Assembly (NCBI GenBank): GCA_035512575.1
Contig: DATKDT010000152.1
Span: forward strand, 965 to 64,964
DNA: 64,000 nt
Reading direction: 5' to 3'
DNA from: Vicinamibacterales bacterium
Lineage (GTDB): Bacteria; Acidobacteriota; Vicinamibacteria; Vicinamibacterales; SCN-69-37
Positions 43,805 to 55,884 of the stretch are shown one piece after another. Made by a program: the position numbers and the translations under genes. Numbering within the stretch: the first letter of the stretch is position 1; every line of letters begins with the position of its first letter. Below the pieces are notes generated by a model. That model was not told the DNA's origin. It worked only from the letters and a program-made list of their open reading frames with translations, and did no database searches.

Positions 43805-44592
43805 CAGTCCCCAGGCGCGGCAATCGCAATCAGCACGGCGGTGATGTTGTCGGGGCCGCCCGCGGCGTTGGCGGCCTCGATCAGAGCCTGGCAGGCCTCC
43901 TCGAGACCCTGGCTCGACGCGATCCGGCCCATCTCCTCGGGCGCGACGGCGCCGGAGAGGCCGTCGCTGCAGAGCAGCAGGCGATCGCCCGGCTCGAGCT
44001 TCATCTCGATGACGTCGACCTCCGGATCCGCGCCGCCGGAAATCGCGCGCGTCACGACGTTGCGCCACGGATGCCGGCGCGCGTCGGTATCGCTCATCAC
44101 ACCGGATCGAATCTGCTCGCCCACCCACGAATGATCGTCGGTCAGCTGCTGCAGCGCGCCGTCACGGAACAGGTACACGCGGCTGTCGCCGACGTGGCCG
44201 ATCGCGGCGTTGACGCCGCCCGAGGGCTCTTCGTCCAGAATCACGGCCGACGCGGTGGTCGCCATGCCGCGCAGCTCCTGGTGGGTTTCCATGCGCTGCG
44301 CGACCTGCCGGTTGGCCAGGCGGAACGCGGCCTTCAGGCGGTTGGCGTCAACCGACAGCGCGGGATCGAAGGGAAAGGGCCACGTGCGGTTGGTGTCGCG
44401 CGCGCGGGTGTCGTTCGCGAAGGCCTCGAAGGTCTCAGCCGTGATCTTCGACGCGACCTCGCCCGCGGCGTGGCCGCCCATGCCGTCGGCGACCAGGAAC
44501 AGCCCGAGATCCGGGCGCGCGGCGTACGCGTCCTCGTTCGAGTCCCGTCTCAGTCCAGGATGCGTTGCGACGGCCCACGAAAGCCGTGACAT
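43804..44592 (-). CDS. PP2C-family Ser/Thr protein phosphatase (Stp/PrpC-like)
   Basis: RRDSNEDAY, VADGMGGHAAGEVAS, LLLCSDGL and GGPDNITAV motifs. Confidence 0.85.
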   Translation of the reverse strand: MSRLSWAVATHPGLRRDSNEDAYAARPDLGLFLVADGMGGHAAGEVASKITAETFEAFANDTRARDTNRTWPFPFDPALSVDANRLKAAFRLANRQVAQRMETHQELRGMATTASAVILDEEPSGGVNAAIGHVGDSRVYLFRDGALQQLTDDHSWVGEQIRSGVMSDTDARRHPWRNVVTRAISGGADPEVDVIEMKLEPGDRLLLCSDGLSGAVAPEEMGRIASSQGLEEACQALIEAANAAGGPDNITAVLIAIAAPGD

Positions 44593-44597
44593 GCGGA

Positions 44598-44864
44598 TCA
44601 GACTGTCGGCGCGACGGGCGCGCTCGCCTCGGCGAGGATGGTCACCCGGTCGGGCAGGACTTCGGCGAAGCCGCCCGAGATCTCGAGGTGGGTCTTGTCC
44701 TGTCCCTTGCGGTACCAGAGATCGCCGCTCTTGAGCGTCGCGAGCAGCGGCGTGTGGCCGGGCAGCACGCCGAGATAGCCGTCCTCGGCGGGCACCACGG
44801 CCTCGTCGACCTCCTCGCGCACGAGCACCCGCTCTGGCGTGACGATTTCGAGGCGGAACGGCAT
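44598..44864 (-). CDS. atpC: F1 ATP synthase epsilon subunit, short form (beta-sandwich only, 88 aa)
   Basis: LEIVTPERVL...VPAEDGYLGVLPGHTPLLATL...ISGGFAEVLPDRVTILAE, then a stop. No C-terminal helical hairpin is encoded. Confidence 0.85.
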   Translation of the reverse strand: MPFRLEIVTPERVLVREEVDEAVVPAEDGYLGVLPGHTPLLATLKSGDLWYRKGQDKTHLEISGGFAEVLPDRVTILAEASAPVAPTV

Positions 44865-44867
44865 GCG

Positions 44868-48749
<3,882 letters not shown>

Positions 48750-48752
48750 CGT

Positions 48753-49307
48753 CTACTGACCACTCTCTACCAACTGTTCCTTCATCTTTTCCAGCTGACG
48801 CGCGACGCTGCCGTCGTACACCACCGAGCCCACGCGCGCGACGACGCCGCCGAGGATCGCGGCGTCGACCTTGGACTCGACGAGCACCTGGCGGCCCGTG
48901 GCGCGGCCCAGCGCGTCGGCCACCGCCTTCGTCCGATCGGCGTCGAGCGGCACCGCCGTCGTCACCTCCGCGCGCACGATCTGGCGGTGATCCATCACGC
49001 GCTCGCCGTACGCGCGCGCGATGGCCGCAACGAGGCCGAGCCGATCGCGGTCGGCGAGCAAGCCCAGCGTGCGCGCGACGGGATCGGAGACGGCGCCCGC
49101 CTGTGCGACGAGCGCGTCGATGAGCGCGCGCTTCTTCGCGGCGGGCACCGCGGGATTCGTGATCACGGCGTGCAGGCCGGCGTTGCCCGAGACGAGCGCC
49201 GCGAAGTCGTCGAGCTCGCGTCCAATGCGATCGAGATCGCCGTTCTGCCGCAGCACGACGTCGAAGAGCGCGCGGGCGTAGCGGCGGGCCGCGGTGGCCG
49301 GGGTCAT
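48753..49307 (-). CDS. atpH: F1 ATP synthase delta (OSCP) subunit
   Basis: 184 aa. N-terminus ARRYARALFDV, and its position between atpF and atpA. Confidence 0.85.
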   Translation of the reverse strand: MTPATAARRYARALFDVVLRQNGDLDRIGRELDDFAALVSGNAGLHAVITNPAVPAAKKRALIDALVAQAGAVSDPVARTLGLLADRDRLGLVAAIARAYGERVMDHRQIVRAEVTTAVPLDADRTKAVADALGRATGRQVLVESKVDAAILGGVVARVGSVVYDGSVARQLEKMKEQLVESGQ

Positions 49308-49888
49308 GCGCGCACCTGCGTGAGATAGCGGTCGATGAGCCGCGTCTGATCCGCCGGCGTGATGTCGCGCTCGATGCGCGCCCGGGCGACGGCGGAGGCC
49401 TGCGCGGCGGTTTCTTCCACCAGCGCGCGGCGCGCCAGCCGGTACTGCTGATCGATTTCGCGCCGCGTCTGCGTGAGCAGGCGCTCGCGCTCGGCCGCGG
49501 CGGTCGCCTTGATGCGGGCCTGCTCGGCCTGCACTTCCCCGGCGCCGCGCGTCTTGAGCGCCTCGAGCTCGGCGGGCAGCGCCGCGAGCCGGCTTTCGAT
49601 GCGGGCGAGATCCGCCGACGCCTGCTCACGCGTGGCCTTCGCTTCGACCAGGGCGTGCCGGATCTGCTGGCTGCGGTCGACGAGATAGTTGGCGAGCGGG
49701 CGGCGGAGGAAGTGCACGAGGATGGCGACGAGCACCGCGAAGTTGAACAGCTTCGCGATGGTGGACATGATGCCGCCGCCTTCGGCCTCGGCCGCCAGCG
49801 CCTCCGACGGCGCGATCAGCACCACGATCAGCGCGAGTACAGCGCGGCGCGCAAGCGGCGCGCGACGGATTGCCATCCAGTTCTTCAT
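49304..49888 (-). CDS. atpF: Fo ATP synthase subunit b
   Basis: One TM segment followed by a long Ala/Arg/Glu-rich coiled coil. ATGA overlap with atpH. Confidence 0.8.
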   Translation of the reverse strand: MKNWMAIRRAPLARRAVLALIVVLIAPSEALAAEAEGGGIMSTIAKLFNFAVLVAILVHFLRRPLANYLVDRSQQIRHALVEAKATREQASADLARIESRLAALPAELEALKTRGAGEVQAEQARIKATAAAERERLLTQTRREIDQQYRLARRALVEETAAQASAVARARIERDITPADQTRLIDRYLTQVRA

Positions 49889-49922
49889 GAACCCGTTACC
49901 TGACGTTCGGAAGGAGCGGCGC

Positions 49923-50348
49923 CTACGACGCCTGGCGTCCCAGAATGCGGCCCGCCGCCTCGGCGCCGAGCTTCTCGGCGTCGCCGCGCAGCTGGGCGCG
50001 CGCCTGGTCGACGTCGGCCTGCAGTTTCGCGCTCGCCTCGGCCAGCGCCGACGCCGCGTCGGCGCGCGTCTCGTCGAGCAGCTTCGCGCGCTCGTCGTTG
50101 GCGACCCGCCGCATGTCGTCCATCTGCCGGTAGACCTCGCCGCGCGCTTCGGCGGTCTTCCGTTCGAATTCCTCGGTCGCCGTGCGCGCTTCGGCCGCGG
50201 CGCGCTCGGCCAGCGCGCGCGCCGAATCGATCGCCTGCTGGCGCGCTTCCATCGTGTTCGTCAGCGGCTTGATCAACAGTCGATTGACGACGAAGGTCAG
50301 GACGAGGACGAAGAAGATGACCCAGAGCAGGGAAAGATTCAGTTCCAA
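49923..50348 (-). CDS. Fo ATP synthase subunit b' (second b-type subunit)
   Basis: 141 aa with N-terminal TM LLWVIFFVLVLTFVVNRLL followed by a coiled coil. TTG start. Confidence 0.7.
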   Translation of the reverse strand: MELNLSLLWVIFFVLVLTFVVNRLLIKPLTNTMEARQQAIDSARALAERAAAEARTATEEFERKTAEARGEVYRQMDDMRRVANDERAKLLDETRADAASALAEASAKLQADVDQARAQLRGDAEKLGAEAAGRILGRQAS

Positions 50349-50421
50349 AACCTAAAATTTATATCACACGTGGCGGGCCCTTGTACCCATCTTCACAAGC
50401 ACTTGCGCGGATGAAACCCCC
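50349..50421 (-). promoter_or_regulatory. AT-rich putative promoter region of the atpF'-atpC operon
   Basis: The minus strand reads ..CACGTGTGATATAAATTTTAGGTT before the TTG start. It is one of the few AT-rich stretches in the window. Exact -35/-10 elements were not resolved. Confidence 0.3.
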
Positions 50422-51468
50422 TCACAGAAGCCGGACGTGCACGCCCGGCTCCGCCTCGACGGCACGGCCCACGGCATGCCCGCCGGCGCCTGCGGCGGCC
50501 AGATGGGCCCTAAGTTCTTCAAGATGAGCGGGTTGTACTGAAATCAGCAGCCCGCCGGACGTCTGCGGGTCAAACGCCACGAGCCGGCGCGCGCGGCTGA
50601 CGGTTGAGGCGGTCTGCACGCCTCCTCCGAAGTGGGCGTCGTTACTGCGGCCGCCGCCCGGCAGGTTGTCCTCCGCAAGCGCTTCGACGCCCTCGAGCAT
50701 CGGCAGCGCTGCGGCGTCGAGCACCAGCGTCACGCCGCTCGCCGCCGCCATCTCCGAGCCATGCCCGGCAAGGCCGAAACCGGTGATGTCGGTACACGCC
50801 CGGACGGCGCCGGGCGGCAGCTTCGCGATCGCTTCCGCGGCGCCCCGGTTGAGCGCGGTCATGCTGGCGACCGCCGCGTCGGCCGACGCCTGCGGCGCGC
50901 GATCGAATTTCATGGCCGTCGCAATGATGCCGGTGCCGAGCGCCTTGGTGAGCACCAGCACGTCGCCTGGCCGCGCGCCGCTGTTGGTGAGTACTTGCGT
51001 CGGATCGATCGCGCCGGTGATCGCATAGCCGAACTTGATCTCCACATCGGACACCGTGTGCCCGCCAAGCAGCGCGACGCCCGCTTCGCGCAGCGTGTCG
51101 TGGCCGCCGAGAAAGATCTGGCGGATCACGTCGGCGCCGGGACCGTCCTTCGCCGGCAGCGCCGCAATCGCCAGGGCCGTGAGCGGCCGGCCGCCCATCG
51201 CGTAGACGTCGCTCATCGCGTTGGCGGCGGCAATGCGTCCGTACGTATAGGGATCGTCGACAACCGGCGTGAAGAAATCCACCGTCTGCACCAGCGCCGG
51301 GCCCCCCTCCCACCTGTACACACCCGCATCGTCCGCGGTCCTGAAGTCGACGAGGACACGGTCATCGGTGGTGTGAGGAATGGCGCCCAGCACCTGGGCG
51401 AGCTCGCCCGCGGCGAGTTTGCTCGCTCAACCCGCGCAGGCGGCGTAGCTGGTCAGTCGTCTGGTCAT
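50422..51468 (-). CDS. selD: Selenide, water dikinase SelD, selenocysteine-containing form (in-frame UGA at 51427-51429)
   Basis: Reading from ATG 51468 gives MTRRLTSYAACAG-U-ASKLAAGELAQVLGAIPHTTDD..., in frame with ORF 50422..51393. The UGA sits at the catalytic Cys/Sec position with Lys at +3, as in the E. coli/H. influenzae GAG(C/U)GCK motif. Confidence 0.85.
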
Positions 51469-52316
51469 TCGGTCAACTTTTCGAAAATGCGGTTCAACTC
51501 GTCTTCGCTCGTGAACTCTATCTGGATTCGTCCTCCTTTACCCCGCCGCACGATCTCGACGTCGGTGCCGAGCGCGAAGCGCAGTTTCTCTTCGGCGGCG
51601 CGCGTGTTCGGGTCCTTCTTCCTTTCCGGCTTCGCCGGCGCCGCGGGCTCGCCCTGGCGTTTGACGAACGCCTCGGTCTCGCGCACCGACAGGCCTTTGG
51701 CCACGATGTCTCGCGCGAGCTGGCGCTGCGCGGCGGGCGACTCCAGCCCGAGCAGGGCGCGCGCGTGGCCCATCGAGAGCGATCCGTCCGACACGAGATT
51801 GCGTACTTCGCCGGGCAGCCGCAGCAGGCGCAGCGTGTTGGCGACCGACGATCGATCCTTTCCTACCGCCGCCGCAATCGCGTCCTGGGTCAGGTGCAGC
51901 TCGTCGGCCAGACGCCGATACGCCGAGGCTTCTTCGATTGGATTGAGATCGTCGCGCTGAAGATTCTCGACGAGCGCCACTTCGAGCAGCCGGTCATCGG
52001 GCACGTCGCGGACGATGACGGGCACCTTCAGGAGGCCGGCGCGCTGGGCCGCGCGCCAGCGGCGCTCGCCCGCGATGATCTCGAATCGATCGCCGGCGCG
52101 GCGCGCCAGAATCGGCTGGATGATGCCGTTGCTGCGAATCGACTGCGCGAGATGCTCGAGGCTCGCCTCGTCGAACACGCTGCGCGGCTGCTGTGGATTG
52201 GGCGTGAGCCGATCGAGATCGATCTCGAACGGCTTGTCGCGCGGCGGCGCGTCGCCGGCCGCGTCGGGAATCAGCGCGCTCAGCCCGCGTCCGAGCGCGG
52301 GACGTTTCTCAGCCAT
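51465..52316 (-). CDS. parB: Chromosome partitioning protein ParB/Spo0J
   Basis: ATG 52316 within ORF 51465..52397. RGLSALI, GERRWRAA and the HTH LTQDAIAAAVGKDRSSVANTLRLL. Confidence 0.9.
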   Translation of the reverse strand: MAEKRPALGRGLSALIPDAAGDAPPRDKPFEIDLDRLTPNPQQPRSVFDEASLEHLAQSIRSNGIIQPILARRAGDRFEIIAGERRWRAAQRAGLLKVPVIVRDVPDDRLLEVALVENLQRDDLNPIEEASAYRRLADELHLTQDAIAAAVGKDRSSVANTLRLLRLPGEVRNLVSDGSLSMGHARALLGLESPAAQRQLARDIVAKGLSVRETEAFVKRQGEPAAPAKPERKKDPNTRAAEEKLRFALGTDVEIVRRGKGGRIQIEFTSEDELNRIFEKLTE

Positions 52317-52329
52317 CACGACAACTCCA

Positions 52330-52392
52330 AACTCAGAACACAGAACGTAGAACTCAGAACGCCGAACTCCGAACGCCGAACGCCGAACGTCG
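52330..52392. repeat. CAGAACR / GCCGAAC heptamer tandem repeats at the parA-parB junction
   Basis: AACTCAGAACACAGAACGTAGAACTCAGAACGCCGAACTCCGAACGCCGAACGCCGAACGTCG. It overlaps the last ~12 codons of parA. Confidence 0.85.
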
Positions 52393-53160
52393 AGCAAGGA
52401 ACTCTTTCGCGAGCGCGACGTGGGCTTCGGCGCCGCGGCTCTTCACGTCGTAGAGGATGGCCGGCAGGCCGTGGCTGGGCGCCTCGCCGAGCCGGATGTT
52501 GCGCGGGATCACGGTCTCGTAGACCTTGTCGCCGAAGTACTCGCGGATGTTGGCGCCGACCTGCTGTCCCAGGTTCGTGCGCTCGTCGTACATCGTCAGC
52601 AGCACGCCTTCGATCTCGAGGCGCGGATTGAGCGCGCCGCGCACGCGCTTGATGGTCGAGACGAGCTCGGCGATGCCCTCGAGCGCGAAGTACTCGCAGT
52701 TGAGGGGAATCAGCACGCTGTCGGCGGCGACGAGCGCGTTGAGCGTGAGCAGGCCCAGCGAGGGTGGCGAGTCGATCAGGATGTAGTCGAATGCCGGGCG
52801 CAGGGGCGTGAGCACGCGCTCGAGCCGGCGCTCGCGCTCAGGCAGCGAGACGAGCTCGATTTCGGCGCCCGTGAGGTTGCGGTCGGCGGGCATCACGAAG
52901 AGCCGCTCGATCATCGAGCGCACGATGCGGTCGCCGTGCCGGGTGTCCTCGCCGGTAATGGCCTCGTAGACCGTGCCGCCGGGCCCGGTCTGGTTCTTGA
53001 GGCCGAGGCCGCTCGTCAGGTTGGCCTGGGGGTCCATGTCGACGACGAGCACCTGCTGGTCGGCGAGGGCGAGGGAGGCGGCCAGATTGATGGCGGTGGT
53101 GGTCTTGGCGACGCCACCTTTCTGGTTGGCGACGGCAATGATCCTCGCTGTTTTGGTCAT
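52354..53160 (-). CDS. parA: Chromosome partitioning ATPase ParA/Soj
   Basis: Deviant Walker A IAVANQKGGVAKTTT. The C-terminal tail RRSAFGVRSSAF is encoded by the heptamer repeat. Confidence 0.9.
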   Translation of the reverse strand: MTKTARIIAVANQKGGVAKTTTAINLAASLALADQQVLVVDMDPQANLTSGLGLKNQTGPGGTVYEAITGEDTRHGDRIVRSMIERLFVMPADRNLTGAEIELVSLPERERRLERVLTPLRPAFDYILIDSPPSLGLLTLNALVAADSVLIPLNCEYFALEGIAELVSTIKRVRGALNPRLEIEGVLLTMYDERTNLGQQVGANIREYFGDKVYETVIPRNIRLGEAPSHGLPAILYDVKSRGAEAHVALAKEFLARRSAFGVRSSAF

Positions 53161-53241
53161 ACAACAGAAAACAAGATGACTGATCGGTCCCGCAGCAAAG
53201 TGTAGGCGGGTTGGGCGTGGGGCGTCAAATCAATTGATGGG

Positions 53242-53922
53242 TTAGACGTCCAGTGTTCCACGTGAAACACCCCGTCTGCCAACCGGACGCTTATCGAGAA
53301 TGATGAGCTGGCTTCTAAGACTCTCCACCAGCGGCACGGCTTCGGAAAAGGCAATGGTCGGCGGAGTGTTGATGTCTCCCACGGTTCCGGTCGGCCGGAA
53401 GAGAAAGAACCTGCCCCCGGGCTTCACGAAGGCCTGAATGCTTCCCAGTGTCCGCACGTCGACGCGAACGGCGCGCAGGCTCAGGATGTCGGCAAATTCA
53501 TGCATTCCTGGGTCTGAGAGCAGAGTCTCGAACCGGCTGGTCCAGACCTGCGCTCTCAGGCCGAGCGTACGCACTGCTTCACGAAGAAACGCGGATTTGC
53601 GGACTTTTGCCTCCACCATGGTCACGCTGAGCTGAGGACTCGCGATCGCGAGCGGAATGGCGGGCGACCCGCCGCCGGAACCAATGTCGATGAGAGTAGC
53701 GTCCCTGGGCCGGACGGATCGGGCGGCCAGGAGGGGCTCGATCAGGAGGCGGTCCACAGCCTCGTCGCCGCCCGCCAGGTTGAGCGCCGTGAGGTTGATC
53801 TTGGCGTTCCAGCGCGAGAGCAGATCGTAGTAAATCTCGAGCTTGGCGGCAGCCGCCGGAGCCACGGCGAGACCGGCCTTCTGCGCCCTCCGTCTCAGCC
53901 TGCCCTGGAAGTCACGCACCAA
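53242..53922 (-). CDS. rsmG: 16S rRNA (guanine527-N7)-methyltransferase RsmG (GidB)
   Basis: SAM-binding motif LIDIGSGGGSPAIPLAI, and its position between mnmG and parA. TTG start. Confidence 0.85.
   Translation of the reverse strand: MVRDFQGRLRRRAQKAGLAVAPAAAAKLEIYYDLLSRWNAKINLTALNLAGGDEAVDRLLIEPLLAARSVRPRDATLIDIGSGGGSPAIPLAIASPQLSVTMVEAKVRKSAFLREAVRTLGLRAQVWTSRFETLLSDPGMHEFADILSLRAVRVDVRTLGSIQAFVKPGGRFFLFRPTGTVGDINTPPTIAFSEAVPLVESLRSQLIILDKRPVGRRGVSRGTLDV
53254..53269. other. parS: parS centromere-like site (TGTTCCACGTGAAACA)
   Basis: Exact 16/16 match to the widely conserved ParB-binding palindrome TGTTNCACGTGAAACA. It lies in the last codons of rsmG, upstream of parA. Confidence 0.85.
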
Positions 53923-53935
53923 GGCAGCATAAGTG

Positions 53936-53968
53936 GATTTGTTGATTTGTTGATCTGTTGATTTATCG
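53936..53968. repeat. GATTTGTT octamer tandem repeat at the mnmG-rsmG junction
   Basis: GGATTTGTTGATTTGTTGATCTGTTGATTTATCGG. It contains the mnmG stop codon. Confidence 0.8.
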
Positions 53969-55765
53969 GCCGATTCGCGCCGCTACGATCGCCACTGCGG
54001 CTGGTGTAACACCGGGAACGCGCGACGCCTGCCCGAGGGTTGCGGGCCGCACGGACGACAGCCGCTCGACCACCTCGCGGGAGAGTCCCGCCACCCCGGC
54101 GTACTGGAAATCATCCGGAATTTCGCAGGCCTCGTTGCGGGCCGCGCGCGCGATCTGGATGCGCTGACGGCGCAGATAGCCCTCGTACTTCAGCTCGGTT
54201 TCGAGACTGGCCAGATCAAGCGGAGTCGTTCCCGCCGCCAGCGCCAGCGCCGGAAGCACCGAGGCGAGCGGAACATCCGTCCGGCGCAGGGCCTGGTCGG
54301 CCGGCAGCTTCCTGTCGGCAATGAACACATGCGACCGGGCAATCCTCGTGTGGTTGTCGGCATGCCGCTCCCGGCGCTCCTCGAACGCCGCCCATCTGCG
54401 ATCGTCCACGAGTCCCGCGGCGCGGCCGGCCGGCGTCAGGCGGAAATCAGCGTTGTCCATCCGCAGCAGGAGGCGGTGTTCGGCGCGCGACGTGAACATC
54501 CGGTAGGGCTCGAGGCATCCTCTGGTCGTCAGATCGTCGATCAGGATGCCGATATAGGCCTCGTCACGCCGCAGGGAGATAGCAGTTTCCGCGCGTGCGG
54601 TTCTTGCCGCGTTGATGCCCGCCATCAGCCCCTGCGCCGCGGCTTCTTCGTACCCGGACGTGCCGTTCACCTGGCCCGCCAGAAACAGGCCGGGCACACG
54701 CTTCGACTCGAGCGTGGGCCGGAGCTCCGTCGGCTGGATGAAGTCGTACTCGACGGCGTAGCCCGGGCGCAGCATCACGGCGGACTCCAGGCCCGGAAGC
54801 GCGTGGATGATTTGCAGCTGTGCGTCGCGCGGCAGGCTCATGGAGCAGCCGTTGACGTAAATCTCGTCGACGTCGAGCCCTTCCGGCTCGAGGTAGATCT
54901 GGTGGCGCTCCTTGTCGGGGAAGCGCATGACCTTGTCTTCGAACGACGGGCAGTAGCGCGGCCCGATGCCCGCAATCCGGCCGTTATAGAGCGGAGATCG
55001 AGCGATATTGTCGCGGACGAGGGCGTGCGCTTCGGCTGACGTGTGCAGCACGTGGCAGGCGATCTGCGGCCGCGAGATCCCGGTGGTGAGAAACGAGAAG
55101 GGGACAGGCGGGTCGTCGCCAGGATCCGCCCGGAAGCGGCTGAAATCGATGCTGCGGCGATCCAGGCGCGGCGGCGTGCCGGTCTTGAGCCGGCCCCATG
55201 AAACCCCTGTCGACTTGAGCGATTCGGCAAGCGCGCGCGACGGCGGCTCGCCGGCGCGGCCAGACGGTATCTGCTCGTCGCCGATGTGCACGAGGCCGTT
55301 CAGGAACGTGCCGGCGGTGATGACCAGCGCCGGCGCATGCAGCTCGCGGCCGTCTTCGAGCGCCAGGCCCGAGACGCGTCCGCCGCGCGTGAGAATGGCG
55401 CCGGCCGGGCCGATCACCCACTCGATGCCGGCCGTGGCGTCGAGTGTGTCGCGCACCCACGCGCCGTACCGGCGCTTGTCGGCCTGCGCGCGCGGCGACC
55501 ACACGGCAGGCCCGCGGCTGCGGTTGAGCAGCTTGAACTGGATCCCCGTCGCGTCGATCGCCAGGCCCATCAGGCCTCCCATGGCGTCGATCTCACGGAC
55601 GAGATGCCCCTTCGCGGTGCCGCCGATCGCGGGATTGCACGGCATCAGCGCAACGGTGTCGCGCGACAGCGTGCACAGCGCGACGTGGCAGCCGAGCCGC
55701 GCGGCGGCGTGCGCCGCTTCGACTCCCGCATGGCCGGCGCCGACGATGATGACGTCGAAAATCAA
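53963..55765 (-). CDS. mnmG: tRNA uridine 5-carboxymethylaminomethyl modification enzyme MnmG (GidA)
   Basis: FAD motif [15 protein letters not shown]. 600 aa. TTG start. Confidence 0.95.
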   Translation of the reverse strand: MIFDVIIVGAGHAGVEAAHAAARLGCHVALCTLSRDTVALMPCNPAIGGTAKGHLVREIDAMGGLMGLAIDATGIQFKLLNRSRGPAVWSPRAQADKRRYGAWVRDTLDATAGIEWVIGPAGAILTRGGRVSGLALEDGRELHAPALVITAGTFLNGLVHIGDEQIPSGRAGEPPSRALAESLKSTGVSWGRLKTGTPPRLDRRSIDFSRFRADPGDDPPVPFSFLTTGISRPQIACHVLHTSAEAHALVRDNIARSPLYNGRIAGIGPRYCPSFEDKVMRFPDKERHQIYLEPEGLDVDEIYVNGCSMSLPRDAQLQIIHALPGLESAVMLRPGYAVEYDFIQPTELRPTLESKRVPGLFLAGQVNGTSGYEEAAAQGLMAGINAARTARAETAISLRRDEAYIGILIDDLTTRGCLEPYRMFTSRAEHRLLLRMDNADFRLTPAGRAAGLVDDRRWAAFEERRERHADNHTRIARSHVFIADRKLPADQALRRTDVPLASVLPALALAAGTTPLDLASLETELKYEGYLRRQRIQIARAARNEACEIPDDFQYAGVAGLSREVVERLSSVRPATLGQASRVPGVTPAAVAIVAARIGR

Positions 55766-55768
55766 GGA

Positions 55769-55882
55769 GACAGAATACAGAACATAAGAACGTAGAACGC
55801 AGAATCCTGACGTACGACGTCAAAGCGCGCTCGGCGCGCCAGACGCATTCTGTGTTCTGTGTTCTATATTCTGTGTTCTAAC
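55769..55882. repeat. About 115-bp hairpin element: CAGAAYA repeats, a GC-rich central mini-hairpin, then inverse TGTGTTC repeats
   Basis: GACAGAATACAGAACATAAGAACGTAGAACGCAGAAT ... GCGCGCTCGGCGCGC ... CATTCTGTGTTCTGTGTTCTATATTCTGTGTTCTAAC. It fills the mnmE-mnmG junction. Confidence 0.8.
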
Positions 55883-55884
55883 AC

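Noticed and set aside
53157-53354. 65-aa ORF overlapping the parA start and rsmG end region (53157..53354, minus strand).
   Set aside because: It lies in an alternative frame over the rsmG 3' end and the parS site. It has no SD or motif and is most simply a chance ORF.
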